From: the human T2T-CHM13v2.0 reference genome, Homo sapiens | Strand: one strand, 5' to 3' | Assembly (NCBI RefSeq): GCF_009914755.1 | Contig: NC_060936.1 | Length of the DNA stretch: 64,000 nt | Shown: positions 40,229 through 53,738 of the stretch, piece after piece | How the letters are laid out: every line of letters starts with the position of its first letter | Position numbering within the stretch: the stretch's first letter is position 1 | The notes under the pieces: model-generated | Databases searched by the model: none | What the model was told of the DNA's origin: nothing | Seen by the model: the letters and a program-made list of their open reading frames with translations, nothing else | Made by a program: the position numbers and the translations under genes

Positions 40229-41957
40229 CACACAGTGCATTCTAAAGGATGCTCTCATTAGTTGCTAAGGAAACCCAATTTAGAGTTCTGAAATACTGAG
40301 GAAAGAACCCCCTACTTTACAGACTGCCTTGAAGTCAAGGCAAGGTTGATTCTGGCAACTCAAATCCTGCAGCTCTCTGGCAGTTTCAAAACATGGTAAA
40401 GATTCCATTCTAACTCGGAGAAGAGGGGCCATTTAAAAAACCACTTAGAGCAACGAGGAGTTCTTCTGTTGCCTGGAAAACAATACAAAGATAGACCAGA
40501 TTGCTCCTATATGCTGCTAGGTGATGTCGAGGAAAATATACTTTCCCTTTATGTGCTGTAACTTTCAGCTCACATTCTTATTATTGCCATGAAGTTTACG
40601 GTAACAAAGATCTGAGTACTTACTGAGAGACTTAATTCTAACTGGGGAGGGGGTCGGAATCCACACAATCAGCTGCTTATTGCTAGTAAATAATCAATTT
40701 CCTGCCCGAGCTGTTAGGTAATTACTGCAGAATGCTGACAATTATAACATGGCCTCTTGGCTGAGCTACAGGGTATTTTTTAATCTGTATGAAATCCTGT
40801 TATTATTATCCACTGCACAATTTACAGTAACATGAATGTTCTAGGAACTAGTTGTTATGGTGGTAAATACCAGTTTGAATACACTTAATCACCATCTGCA
40901 CCTTGAGCTAGTTACCTAAAATTAGCTACCTCTAGCTAGACTTTCAGGAATCTATCTCATCTCTTAAAAGGTGCTCCCTGTTTTTCATTTCCGTGAGGTC
41001 ACTTTCTAGTCATTTCATTGCCCCAGGATTTAAAAGTGGGGACTGATTCTTTTGCACACAGAGCTACAGTGTCATACCCATGTGGCAGCAGCCATCCTAT
41101 GTGCTTGGCTGAGTCCAGTCCCAGGCTGTGACACAGCACGTGCAGGAAACTCATCTCACTCTGAGACTCTTCCCATCCCCATAAATGGCAGGGAAATAAC
41201 TGCCTCACAGTGAGCAGCCCTGGGCTCAAAAATTGATCAGTCAACCAACTGCAGAGCAGAGAACAAGCCCTCCTCTTTCAACGCAATCAGGGAAGCCAAG
41301 AGTGGGAAAGTCAGACAGCAATTTTAAAGTTGCCCAAAATGCAGAATGGGACAAATCACAAGGTATCATAAGATTAAAAGAAAGAGACCAGTAACAAGGA
41401 AGAGAGAGACAGTCGACTGATCACTAAGCTAATAGTAACTCAGCAATTTCTAAGGAGACAGAAAATAAAGACTACCTTAACTCAGTGTCTGAGACATGGG
41501 AGGAAATTCTGAGCTCCCACAAACATGTATACACAGTTAAAGGAAAGCATCTGGGGGATGAAGGAAATGAAAGATTTTACAGAATCGGGAGCAGACTTTT
41601 AGGATGGCTCTGAATGTTCTTTTTACCAACAGGCATATTGATAACTTTTCAAAGCAAAAAATTGCTAATTTACATATGAAAATATTAAAGAAAACTGCCA
41701 TCTGGAACAATTCATATATATTTCACACACAGGAAAAAATGAATCATTCTAGATGATAAATATTATGCAGTGAAACTGCGGCAAGTTGTTCTTACGTCTA
41801 ATTTTCATTTATTAATTAATACTAAATGTCTGCCTAACCAGTGAAAAGGACTGCTATGGGAGATATATTCTGTTAAGACTGTAGTATAGTTACACACACT
41901 TAGAAATACAAACAAAAGCACCAGGTCCTGAAAAATATTTAGCCTTTTAGTACTTAC

Positions 41958-42024
41958 TTTTTCATAAGCTCTGCAATTCTTTGGCATTCTTCCTTATCAT
42001 AAAACCAAATTCCATAGATGGACA
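41958..42024 (-). CDS. DCP1B: DCP1B coding exon 4 (67 bp), end of EVH1 domain: (L)SIYGIWFYDKEECQRIAELMK(N)
   Basis: Minus strand tgcag|TGTCCATC...ATGAAAAA|gtaagt; phase 1 in, phase 2 out; translation matches Dcp1 EVH1 IYGIWFY motif. Exon number from recalled gene structure. Confidence 0.96.
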
Positions 42025-42196
42025 CTGCAAAAAACACACATCAAACAAATTATGAGCATCTTCAAAACTACAAAATAGAAAAAAATCTCCTTTCCATCTT
42101 AAATACATAATAATCTATGTGTTAAATTGATTTATTCAATAATTATTGAATAAATAAAAGCAATCATTGGGGTTAAAGCTTAAAAATACAGCATCA

Positions 42197-42482
<286 letters not shown>

Positions 42483-43499
42483 GCATCAAAATTTAAGTCC
42501 ACAGAGAAATCCGTGGTGGTTTTGTGCAAAGACGCGCACCCACACACATTGAAGAAACTGTGCTCCGCGTGAAAACATGGCACCTGAACACAACAGGCAC
42601 TCGGCAAAATCCTCTGAAGCAAATGAATACAGACGGAAAATGAAATCACAATTTCTATACTTCCTGGCTGCGAGATAGCATTGTTTCTACACTCCATTTG
42701 CACATTTCATAAACACATTTCATGTTTATTTTTAAATATTCAGAAACCTGATACTCAAATTATGCCTAGAAGCCTCCCTCCCCTTCTCCTTCTCTCAGGA
42801 ACATGTTAACTGAGAAAGTGGCTTTGTAAGCTGTAAGTTAGGGAGAGGCCACTGGAAAAAATAAAATTTAATAATAAACTTCTGGCTTCAAAATGGTACA
42901 GAAAATGTATAACTGCTGAAAGATTAGATATGACTATGATTTCCTCATTTAGTAATGAAAGAAACTGTGACATAATATACCTGCTATTGATTCATTCAAT
43001 AATGTTCAAATAAGTTGTATACTTTAGTATGTGCCTATCTATATCATTTTTATAGCAAAGGCTGAAGCAGCTCCAGAAGACATTTATAAATATCTAGTTG
43101 AGGATCTGATGGCATTAATCATCTAAGTAATGCATTAACTACACACACATTTAAAACATCTTCACTGAAAACAGCAGCAATATTACGATAGGGCAATGAA
43201 AACCAACAAAACATGTTTTTACAAGGGAAAAAAGACTTTAAATTCAAACTTTCTAAACACGTAATTATATTAATAGTATTTTGCTGTTAAAACAGCTATG
43301 ATATTCTAACTACATCTTTTTTCCCCTCTTACCTGACCAATGTCTGGGCATGGAATTTCTGCTTCTTGTCAGTAATGATTCATATATCAAAAGGTACAAG
43401 AAATGTCTTTATAGTGCTATTTTAAGCAGGTATCTTAAAGAGGAACCTATGAATCTGAATTACTCACTTGCCAAAAGGTGGCAATAGGGCTTTAAACTT

Positions 43500-45176
43500 T
43501 GGTTTTGCAATTATCAGTGTACCAGAAATCTTTTATCTTACCTACCTGCACGTGAAGTGGGGGGGAAGTAGGGGAAAAAATCCCAGCTTTTCCTTGAACA
43601 GGACCATTTTACTCTCTTAGATGGAAATACATACACATTTTCCTCCTTGGTACACTGACTTTTTTTTTTTTTTTTTTTTAAGAACGTCTGAGTTCTGAAG
43701 CCCATGTGCTATGAGAGCTTTTACATCAAAACAAAATTCTTTCATCTCAAGATCATTGAATGTGTATCTTGAAACTTCATATTCAAGGTTGCTTCCAGTC
43801 CATCAACAATAATTCCCTACTCTAATTCCCTACACAGATTCCTACACTAACCTGCATACCCTCACGTTCTTGAAGTCAAAGCAGATTGGATCACTGACGT
43901 TCAACCACTTAATAAATCTGAGTATGTTTGCGTGTCTTGGTGACTTTAACCTTAGTTACAAAACTAGGAGCCTGGCCTATTTTTTTGGTTATAGTGTAAG
44001 TTTTCTTTCCTTGAAGACTGACTTTTCCAAAACTATCAAAGGAGAAAGATGGCAGTAAGGGAGAAAAACAGAGCATAACTCAGAAACACGAGGCCCAATG
44101 GCAGAGGAAAAAATGGCCGTTGTTGTCTCATGAATAGGCTCTATTAATAAGAATATTCTGGGTATCTTTCGTTTGATGTTATACATTTGCGGCATTTGAC
44201 ATAAGGAATTAGGCTTTCGTAAGGGTGGGATGCCAAGAAAACTGTTGATACAAATAGAAAAGCAGTTTGACAGTGTCATCACCATGAGATAACTGAAATG
44301 CAGATTTAGGGAGCGAAAATGCTACGGAACATCTTTCAAATGTCAAAGCAAAATGAAGGAAAGATTGAGTTTGCAGTAATTATTTAAGACATCGTGAAGA
44401 CTTCTTTAGGACCCAACCATTTATCTCCAAAGCAACATGGCTTTAAAAATTAAAATGAGATCATTTTGAGATAACTCTTTTGATCCCAGTTTAGTCTGGA
44501 CAGAAAATTTAAATAGCCAAAGGGGAAAAAAAAACCATTAACCAAGAGTTCTGGCTACCGAAAAGAGGCACCAAGATAAAATGCAGAACTGGGCCTAACT
44601 TTCTTCTCCCTAAAATAGTTTTGCAACTTGAGTGCATTCCCCTGGGAAAGAGGCTGTGAATTCCATGGAAGTATGCATTCCAAGTTTCCTGCCTCTTAGC
44701 CCTAAGGTCTACCAACCCCTGGACAAACCTATCACTCTTCCACACAAGAGGGTCTATCAAAGCAGTCTGTGGAGATATATAAAAACCAGAGATCACCATG
44801 CCTTAGGGAGGTGATGAGCTGACAGGCTGACAGAAACCATGAAGTTCACATTTCAATCCAAGTTTTCCCGTAAAGCCACTGGCTGAGAGGCCCATCCCTA
44901 CATAGGCAGGGAGCAGAGCAGGGAAGACGAAAATACAAGGTTGAAAAGAATCAAGCAAGAAGGTGTTTTGTTTTGTTTTTTAGAATTCTAAAACTTAAAA
45001 GGAATTTTACTGTAACTTAAACTTGCAGCGATACGATACGGCCATGTCAACTTTTGTGGCACTGAAATGTTACTGCAGGAATAGCTTCTGGGTTTTAAAA
45101 AATTATAAGAGATCATGAGCAGGATAATTATTTAGCTTTAAAAATCAACCAATTAATATACATCTGGAAATTCACA
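43500..45176 (+). promoter_or_regulatory. CACNA1C: Putative cardiac promoter and 5'UTR of CACNA1C exon 1a
   Basis: TATATAAAA 44776-44784; MCAT CATTCC 44635 and 44676; NKX-type TTGAGTG 44628 and CACTTAA 43906; GATA AGATAA 44287, 44469, 44574 and TTATCT 44421, 43533; MEF2 CTATTAATAA 44141; T-box AGGTGA 44809 and AGGTGT 44961; TGACAG 44268, 44820, 44828; CRE half-site 43895. Boundaries and TSS are inferred. Confidence 0.7.
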
Positions 45177-45315
45177 ATGCTTCGAGCCTTTGTTCAGCCT
45201 GGTACGCCTGCATACCAGCCGCTTCCCAGCCACCTGTCTGCCAACACGGAGGTCAAGTTTAAGGGTACTTTGGTGCATGAAGCTCAACTCAACTATTTCT
45301 ACATCTCTCCTGGAG
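45177..45315 (+). CDS. CACNA1C: CACNA1C (Cav1.2 alpha1C) cardiac alternative first coding exon 1a: MLRAFVQPGTPAYQPLPSHLSANTEVKFKGTLVHEAQLNYFYISPG(G)
   Basis: acaATGC start, 46 codons + 1 nt, then GAG|GTAAGA donor at 45316; peptide closely matches the long cardiac N-terminus of rabbit Cav1.2 as recalled (MLRALVQPATPAYQPLPSHLSAETESTCKGTVVHEAQLNHFYISPG). Too short for the ORF track. Confidence 0.93.
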
Positions 45316-48300
45316 GTAAGAAACCCTAAAGTGAAATAAAGAGTAGGAAGAACATGTTGAAATTTACTCTAAATATCCTAATGATACCTAGAATGTGACT
45401 TCCTCACTCTAAGAACTCATCTCTCCATATTTAATCAGGATTTACCACACACCGTTGTAAAATTTTGCCTGTAACTGCACTATCCTGGTTTATGCCGTTC
45501 TTTGGAAATTCTCAATTGAAAAAAAGTGATGTTTGAGGCAACAGGCAATGCAATACTGCCTTTACATAATGAAACACCAATCTTTTACTTTCCTTTTAAC
45601 TCCGTCAGTAAGATCAAGGAGATCAAAATTTCCATATAGACTTCATGTCTGGATTTTTTAGGTCCACAAAGACAAGGCAGAGAGCAAGCTGATTATATTC
45701 AGTAGTGGTATTTTCTTTTTAAATTTCTTCAGTGGAAAAACCAAAAGCTGGTCAAATTTTAAGAGGCTAGTTAAGGGGCCATTAAAGGCAGTGTCATGTC
45801 AGCGTCATTCAAATGTACATTTTCATTTGTAACCCTTTGATTCTTATTAGCATGGTGCATTAGTTCATTTTGCATGTTCTTTGGGGATTTGCCTTATCTC
45901 ATTTATGTTCCTAATAAATATTTCTGTTTGATCTGTTCTTTTAAGATATTTATAATTTGTTTTATATTTTTACCCAAATACCATACAACTCCAAATCATG
46001 AATGATAGCTTGTAATCGTCTAATGAGGACATGTGATAATGTTTGTGTAAATTTTTAAAAGAAGATATATATCCATTCAATTAGGAAGTGGATGATAAAC
46101 ACATAATTACATGGGTAAAATTTAAATAGGCAGGACATCTGATTTGGTAATGTTCTTTCTAATATAACTTCACTAATTCCTCTCAAAAAGACAGGGAAAT
46201 ATGTTTTTCTTAGCATTCAGCAAGGAAGGCATTTAAGTTCCCTCTTTTTACTTGGAAAGCCACGGAAACGTGGTAGTGTGACATTACACAAACCTCTTCT
46301 GGGCATCTAAGGATAAACCAAAATTTAAAATTCCTTCAAACTCCACTCCTTTCATGAAGTCTTCCTCACAAGAGTAGAATAATATTTTCAATGTAAGGAT
46401 GGAGAATATCTAATCATATATTTGTGTAAACACTTGTTTCTGAGACTTCATTCAAATATAATGTTTCTTGATTTACTATAGCATTTATCTAGATCAAGCT
46501 TTAATAAATCTGACCACATTGATGATGACTCGTTACTAGCATATGGTAGTACACATGCACACACAGCTACTAGGCATTTGAAAGATCCCAAGATATTTAA
46601 AAAAAACAGAAAAATAGAACCATGAAATTTTAGAGCCAGAAGTCAGGTAAGAAGCATGCAGTTCAAGAACCTATTTCACCAATGAGGAATCTGTGGTCTA
46701 ACAAGGTTAAATAAGCTAGCCAAAGTCATTTTTCTTGGTTTAATCTGTTTCCCCTAAAACATGCCCTTCTCCCAGCCTTTCAAATGAAATACATGAAGCA
46801 TTCAAATTTGTTTTTACATATTGGATTGAGTTCTAGGCTTGGTTATAAAAGACTGGAATTAGTCTTTTTAAACCAAAGTTCATATGGACTCTCAAAAGGA
46901 AAAAAAGAAGGATGGAATGAAGGGAGGGGGGAGATCAGTGAGGAAGGGAGGGAGGGAGAGGGAGAAAAAGAGAGAAAAGAAAGAGGAAGGGAATTAAGCT
47001 TTCTGGTAGTGGCAGTGTTTTCACAGCAGTAAACACTCGAGCAGCAATGACGCTGCCTGTGTGCTGGCATCCATAGATGGGAAACACAGGCTGCGTTTGG
47101 CCGGCTCTGTGCGGATTCTGTACTTCTTCCCCATTTGGAATGTTTGCACTCAAAATGCTTTCCTCCGGCATGTTCTCTAATGCCTTTAAAGTAATGTTCT
47201 TCCATTCACCTTCTGCGTTAGCTTTACTGACCAAACACGGACACAATCTTGTAAAACAAAATCTTCACTGGCCACTGAGAGTCTACATAGCACTGTTATC
47301 TTTGGCCCCTGGTCTGCTTCTTTTCATATGACATGGTTTTACTGCACCTCACAAATCAGCGATCCCATGACCTGAGAATAATGGAAGGTTCAAAGCAGAT
47401 GAGAAGCAGTTTCTATTTTATGGGTGACTAATACTCATGAACATTTTGGGGGAAACAGTAGAAACAAACCTCCCCTTTCTAAATAAATTAATGTTATTAG
47501 AAAGTTAATGCCATTAAAAACAAACAAAACTCTCTGAATTAAAGCATTATACTAATTTGGATTAAATTAATATGTACTCTCCAACTATAAATGAGAATTT
47601 ATTACTTTCCCAGTAAAAGACAGATTTAATCTTTTAGAAAGTTTTAATTTATAATGGATTCATGTTATATCATTCAATCTTCCTAATCTTCCCAGAGATC
47701 ATCATCTTCCTAAACTGGGAACCTTGAGGTCATCTACTACCCTCAGGTTTACCAAAGGTCATATGGAATCTTTTTCATCGTATACTAATTTCCTAGTTTT
47801 ATTTGTTCCTTTAATCTAAGAGATATAACAGAGTAAATAAACTTTTAAAAATTAGGAAGCAGAAAAGTCCATAGTTTACAACAAATATAAATAGAAACAA
47901 CTTATTCTGCTTTGTTGGCCACTTAAATTTATATTTTCATTTGTTCATAATCTTGCTGAAAAATTTCAAAATCTCCTTGGCCACAAATATCATGCAGGGA
48001 GTCCCTAATACATCTTTTCCTTCTCTCTACTCGTCCTTGAAGACCCAGGCTTTCTCACTCCTCTAGGAATAAACAGTCCCAACTTTTTCTTTGCTCCTGT
48101 AGTTTTGTATATCCTTGTAGTAAAAAAGGTAATAAATTAAGCATTTATAAATCTGTTCCCTCCACTAGACTATAAGCTCCTGGAGGGGAGGACTTTGTTA
48201 AAACACCCAGTACAGCAAACAGCATGTGCAGACATTCAACAAATACTTGCTGAGTTGAAATGAAATCTAAGACTTCAAGCTCTTCTACCATCAATAACCC

Positions 48301-51300
48301 TTGTAATTGCTAATATCAATAATTATCACTTCCTGGAATAATTCAACATGTGGACTAGATATGCTAGAATTCTCTATCAATTGATTACACCTTCTACCAG
48401 AAATTTCAGCATGGACAGTCTCCTCATATCACCGCTTTTGTTCTCCTTCAACCTTCACTGAGAGTTTATTTTGCTTCAAACACTTTACCTTCTTATGCTT
48501 AAGTAGTGTTGATGGGATTCTGTCATTAGGATATGAGCTCCCGAAGACTGTATATTTCGATTGATCCAGCACTATGTAGACACTAATGTACTCGTTTAAT
48601 GTGTATTTACTATTACAACTCTACCATATACCATTCTTCCTGATTGACTACTTGTTAGGCACTGGCAACTAAGAGCTCAAAGGATGCAACAATTCTGCAA
48701 AATCACATGCATTTCTCTTCATTATGGAAAAACAAAGGACAAATAATAACTAATAGTACTTTGGTCTACCAGAAAATCCAAGCTATTCATATTCTAGTCG
48801 CGTTTGATAATGGCAATCCCAAGCTTACATATATAAGCACCTGAATGACCTGAAAAATGTAAGATTTAGATGCATGTCAGTCATTCCAGCAACACACTGA
48901 CAACTATCACCATAAGTGAATCTCAATGTACATAAATAAGTCCAGTCTCCTATAATCGCAGTTTTTGAGAAAGCTATGTTTAAACATGTCTATTTATGCT
49001 TAAGCTTATTTTTAAAACAGAATATTTCTACAGGTCAAAAATTTGTTCCAATGAAGAACAGACTTCTTCATATTTGAGCCAGATGATTTAATTGAGTGTT
49101 TAACAATGATAGGAATAGCTCTGCTGAAAATAGCCTAACTATAAAACACATGATCACAGAAATATTTCTACAATTTGACATAGCAGTAGTCTAGCCAAAG
49201 GAGCCTAGTGCTACTTCCTGATTAAAGAAAAGTCAGAGTTTCTTTATTTTTTCATTTTTACCTTAATCTGTGAATATAGACATAGGAGATACTACTTTCC
49301 AAAAGACTCTTTCCAAAAACCCTTTATGTTTAAACAGTTAAATTGTGTTTTGGTTCTACTATGAAATAAGAGCTCTAAGGCTATACATAAGGTAATTCTA
49401 ATACAAGTTCTTGGCCAAAATTGTTTTCCTTCTTCAAAACCCATAATTTTTCCTTCTGTGGGTTAAGCAGTAAATTTACTTTGATTCCAGAACTTGATTA
49501 TTTGAAACTATTTACTAAATGATTTTTGGACAAAAATTAGTAATATAAAACACAGAATCTAAAAGAATACACATTATATAGCCATAATGACCACTTACTA
49601 TAGATAAAGGGTAGGGAAACTAAAAGATGCTTTCCTTATTAAGCATTTAAGAAAATGTTTTGGAACCCAGCTTTTCTCTGCCAAGAATTTAGACTTCCAC
49701 CATGCTAAACTGGGCTCTCTTAAACACAAAACATAAAATACACTGCATGTCCAAGCCACAGATGCAGCGTATCAATCTGAATAGCATTACTATGTTTTCT
49801 TGGTCAAGCTGAGAACCTTAATAGTCTTTATGGTTTAGGATAAAACAAGTGACTTTACTTTGTAGCAGCTGTAAATCACCATATATGACTTTGCCACATG
49901 GGTTTTTCCTCACCTCAGCATGTCAGATTGTTAAGTTACATAAGAAATGTATATATTCACATGAAGGTTCTCTCCGTGAGTCCCCTGGCAGTTATGATGG
50001 AGAAGTAGAAACTGTGTTAATTGGATGGTCAGGGTGAAGAGAAGGGTTGTTTACTCACACTGTGTATCTGCTTATGTGTGTGTTTCAAGGAACTATCTGG
50101 TGTCACAACTCAACACACAGAAAAATAGAAATACGAAATCCAGAGATACCACAAGGCTCAAGAGTGAAATTCTGCTTTACTTGAGATTTTTCAGAGCCTT
50201 TCTTTAGATGGATAGTTTTCTTTAGAGTTTAGATCCCTTCCTTTCAGCCTAAGTGGAGTACTGACAGAGAACAAAAAAGTCATTTTGGATTAAAGGTCAC
50301 AGTGACAAGTTTCATCACTCAAGTCACAGTAGACGTATAACCCTTTATCATATATTAACATGTTAGCTCTCTAAGCAATGGTGCATAATAAATAGATCAA
50401 TTTTTCAGTCGGAATGGCAAAGGAGACTTAGAGACACAAAGTAAGATTCAGTGACCACATTATGATTTTTAAATTTTGGTGGCTCTTCTTTCTTTCTCAT
50501 TAAATGCAGGCTTAAAAGGAGTCCTTGAAAGTTTCTAATTCAACCAACCACTCCTCTCACATACAGTAAAAGAGCCTCAAGACTGTATAGGTTACCTATT
50601 CTGACTAAATATGAAATGTCAAATTCCTCGGCTCCCATTCCTCACTGCTCATGATGTGAATGAGTCTACTTTAAGGTCTTGTCTTCCTGGGCAGATCCCG
50701 AAGAGAAATGTATTCTGTTATTCCTGCAAATACTAAGTTTTTGCCTAGTAAGAATGTCAAGTATTTTTAGCCATATAGTTACTTTAAATATTAGTTTCTT
50801 GACCCTAGAGAGCTTTAGGGGTTCAATAAAATCCCTAAAACTATATGCAAAATGTCATGTATATATGCAAATTTTGGGAGGTGAAAAAGTGCAAAGCATA
50901 GACCCTCTAAAACAATGTCTGGCACACAGCAGTCAAGCAAATATATTTGAGGAAAGGGGGAGAGGGAGGGAGGGAGGGGGAGGAAGGAAAGTAGGAAGTA
51001 AAGAAGGAAGAAATGAAGGAAAAAAGGGAAGAAGAAAAGTCTTCAGATTCTCATAGGGGTTTGTGACTCACAGAAGATTAGGAACTACTATTTGCGACTA
51101 TCAATATGCCAATAAATATCCTAGAATGGAAAACAACCCTCAGTTATCTCTGGGCAGATAATGTGTCTTTCATTTACTTGGTAATAAATTTACACAGAGT
51201 TCACTTTTAACTTTCCAGATTGCTTTTGTAATCACTGCCTAAACTGATTGCAAGGTTAAGAAAAGACGTAACAAAGTCTCCAAGTCTTAGAATTTGTTAA

Positions 51301-53097
51301 GTTGGAAGAGCTTTTATTCCTCCATGTAGCCTGAAGCCTAGGAGAAAGCTTAAAAAGCACAGATCTGTTAGCATGCTCGGCCATGATGAGGGTGAATCAC
51401 ACAGTTCAGCTGTGGCTACTGGTTTGCCTTCGTTGGAGAGGTGTCATTCTCCGTCTCTACCATGAAGTGGGAAACAGGAAGACATTTTGGAAAGCTCGAC
51501 AACTTTGTGACTCCTGCTTGATCACTCCAAGCAGCGTATCTTCAAAGCTTTGTCTTATGCATTCTGATGTTCCAGATGCCACACAAAATCATCAGATACA
51601 CATATACACATATAACAATTCTAGAATATAAGTGATTTGCGAATTTTGTTAAGTACACTGTACATGTCTATTTCTTATCTAAATCTGTTTATTTCCTGTG
51701 TTTATTTGGCACCACAGAATATAAGTAAAATATAAGATATGGTCTTTGCCCATAAGGGGCCTGTAATTTATTATCCATACCACTGCCTTCTCAATAGCCT
51801 AGATAATTAGCAACCAATTAATTAATGGTAACATAGTGGCAGAGAAAACGTTTTACAAAATGCATTCTAAGTATAGTGAGCAATATTGTTTCCAAATTAT
51901 GACTCATCATTGTTCTCTAAATTTGACTTTCTTACTGCTATTATTTACTATGGGTATATACAGGTACACTTTAACTTTGGAGCTTTGGAAGACAATCAAG
52001 TTTATACTTCATAAGATGTTCTATAATAGCCACCAAGAAAATATCTACTATTATATTTTTAAACTGTATTGTTTTTATATGTTTCATTCTAGAGAAAGCA
52101 CTGCAGAATAATGCTAAGGCTCCTCTTTGCTAGGAAATTGACATTTAAAAAAATTGACTCTCAAGAGAGAAGTGGAAGGTTAATTCCTTCCACTCAGGAA
52201 AAATATTAAGTTATACGGTTTCCATATTTTTGGCAAAGAGAAATCTTGCTTCTCTGACCATGGGGAGAAAGCAGATGTCGCAACCCAGAGAAAGGGGGCA
52301 TAGCCTTCTCACTGATCTGGAAACTAGAAATGCAGACTCAACTATTTCTATTACCTCACATTACTTGGGGCTTTCAGTTGACATCAAGCTTTTGGTATTA
52401 TGTTGGTTTAAAGTACTGAAGATGTGTTTTAGAACAAGGACTGCTTTATTTCCAGGTTGAAAAAGCCAAGACGCAAAGTAATAAAGAGTTAGTGTAATAT
52501 TCTAACCAACACAGCAGAGATCAGGGTTAGCAGAAACACTGGTTAATAAATGTCAGGAAAATAAAGAAGGGTAAAAAATTATCCTTAAATTTTCATTTAT
52601 TTAAATACTTCTTTTATAAGGTTCAATTATTTCTACTTTCTTACATTGAAGAATCATTTATGTACAAGAAAATGCACAGATCTTAAAGTGTTCTGCTCAG
52701 TGAGTTGGCAATAAAACACTCTTATGTAACCAACACTGAAAACAAGATATAAAATATTTTTATCACTCTTTTCCAGTCAACAACCACACCCCACTTCCAC
52801 CACCAGCCCCAGCAGAGACAACCAATTTTTTACTTCTATCACCCTAGATTAGTTTTGCCTGTTCTTCAACTTCATATAAACTTCATATAAATGGGGTCGT
52901 ACAGTATATCCTCTTTTGTAGATGGCTTGCTTTGCTCAACATGTTTCTGAAATTAATTCATGTTGTTGAATATATCAGTAGTTCATTTCTTCTTATCGCT
53001 GAGTAGTGTTCTATTATTATATACCAAAATTTGTTCATCTATGTAACTATTAATGGGTATCCAGGTTATTACCAGATTTTTTTGCTATTATGAATAA

Positions 53098-53738
<641 letters not shown>

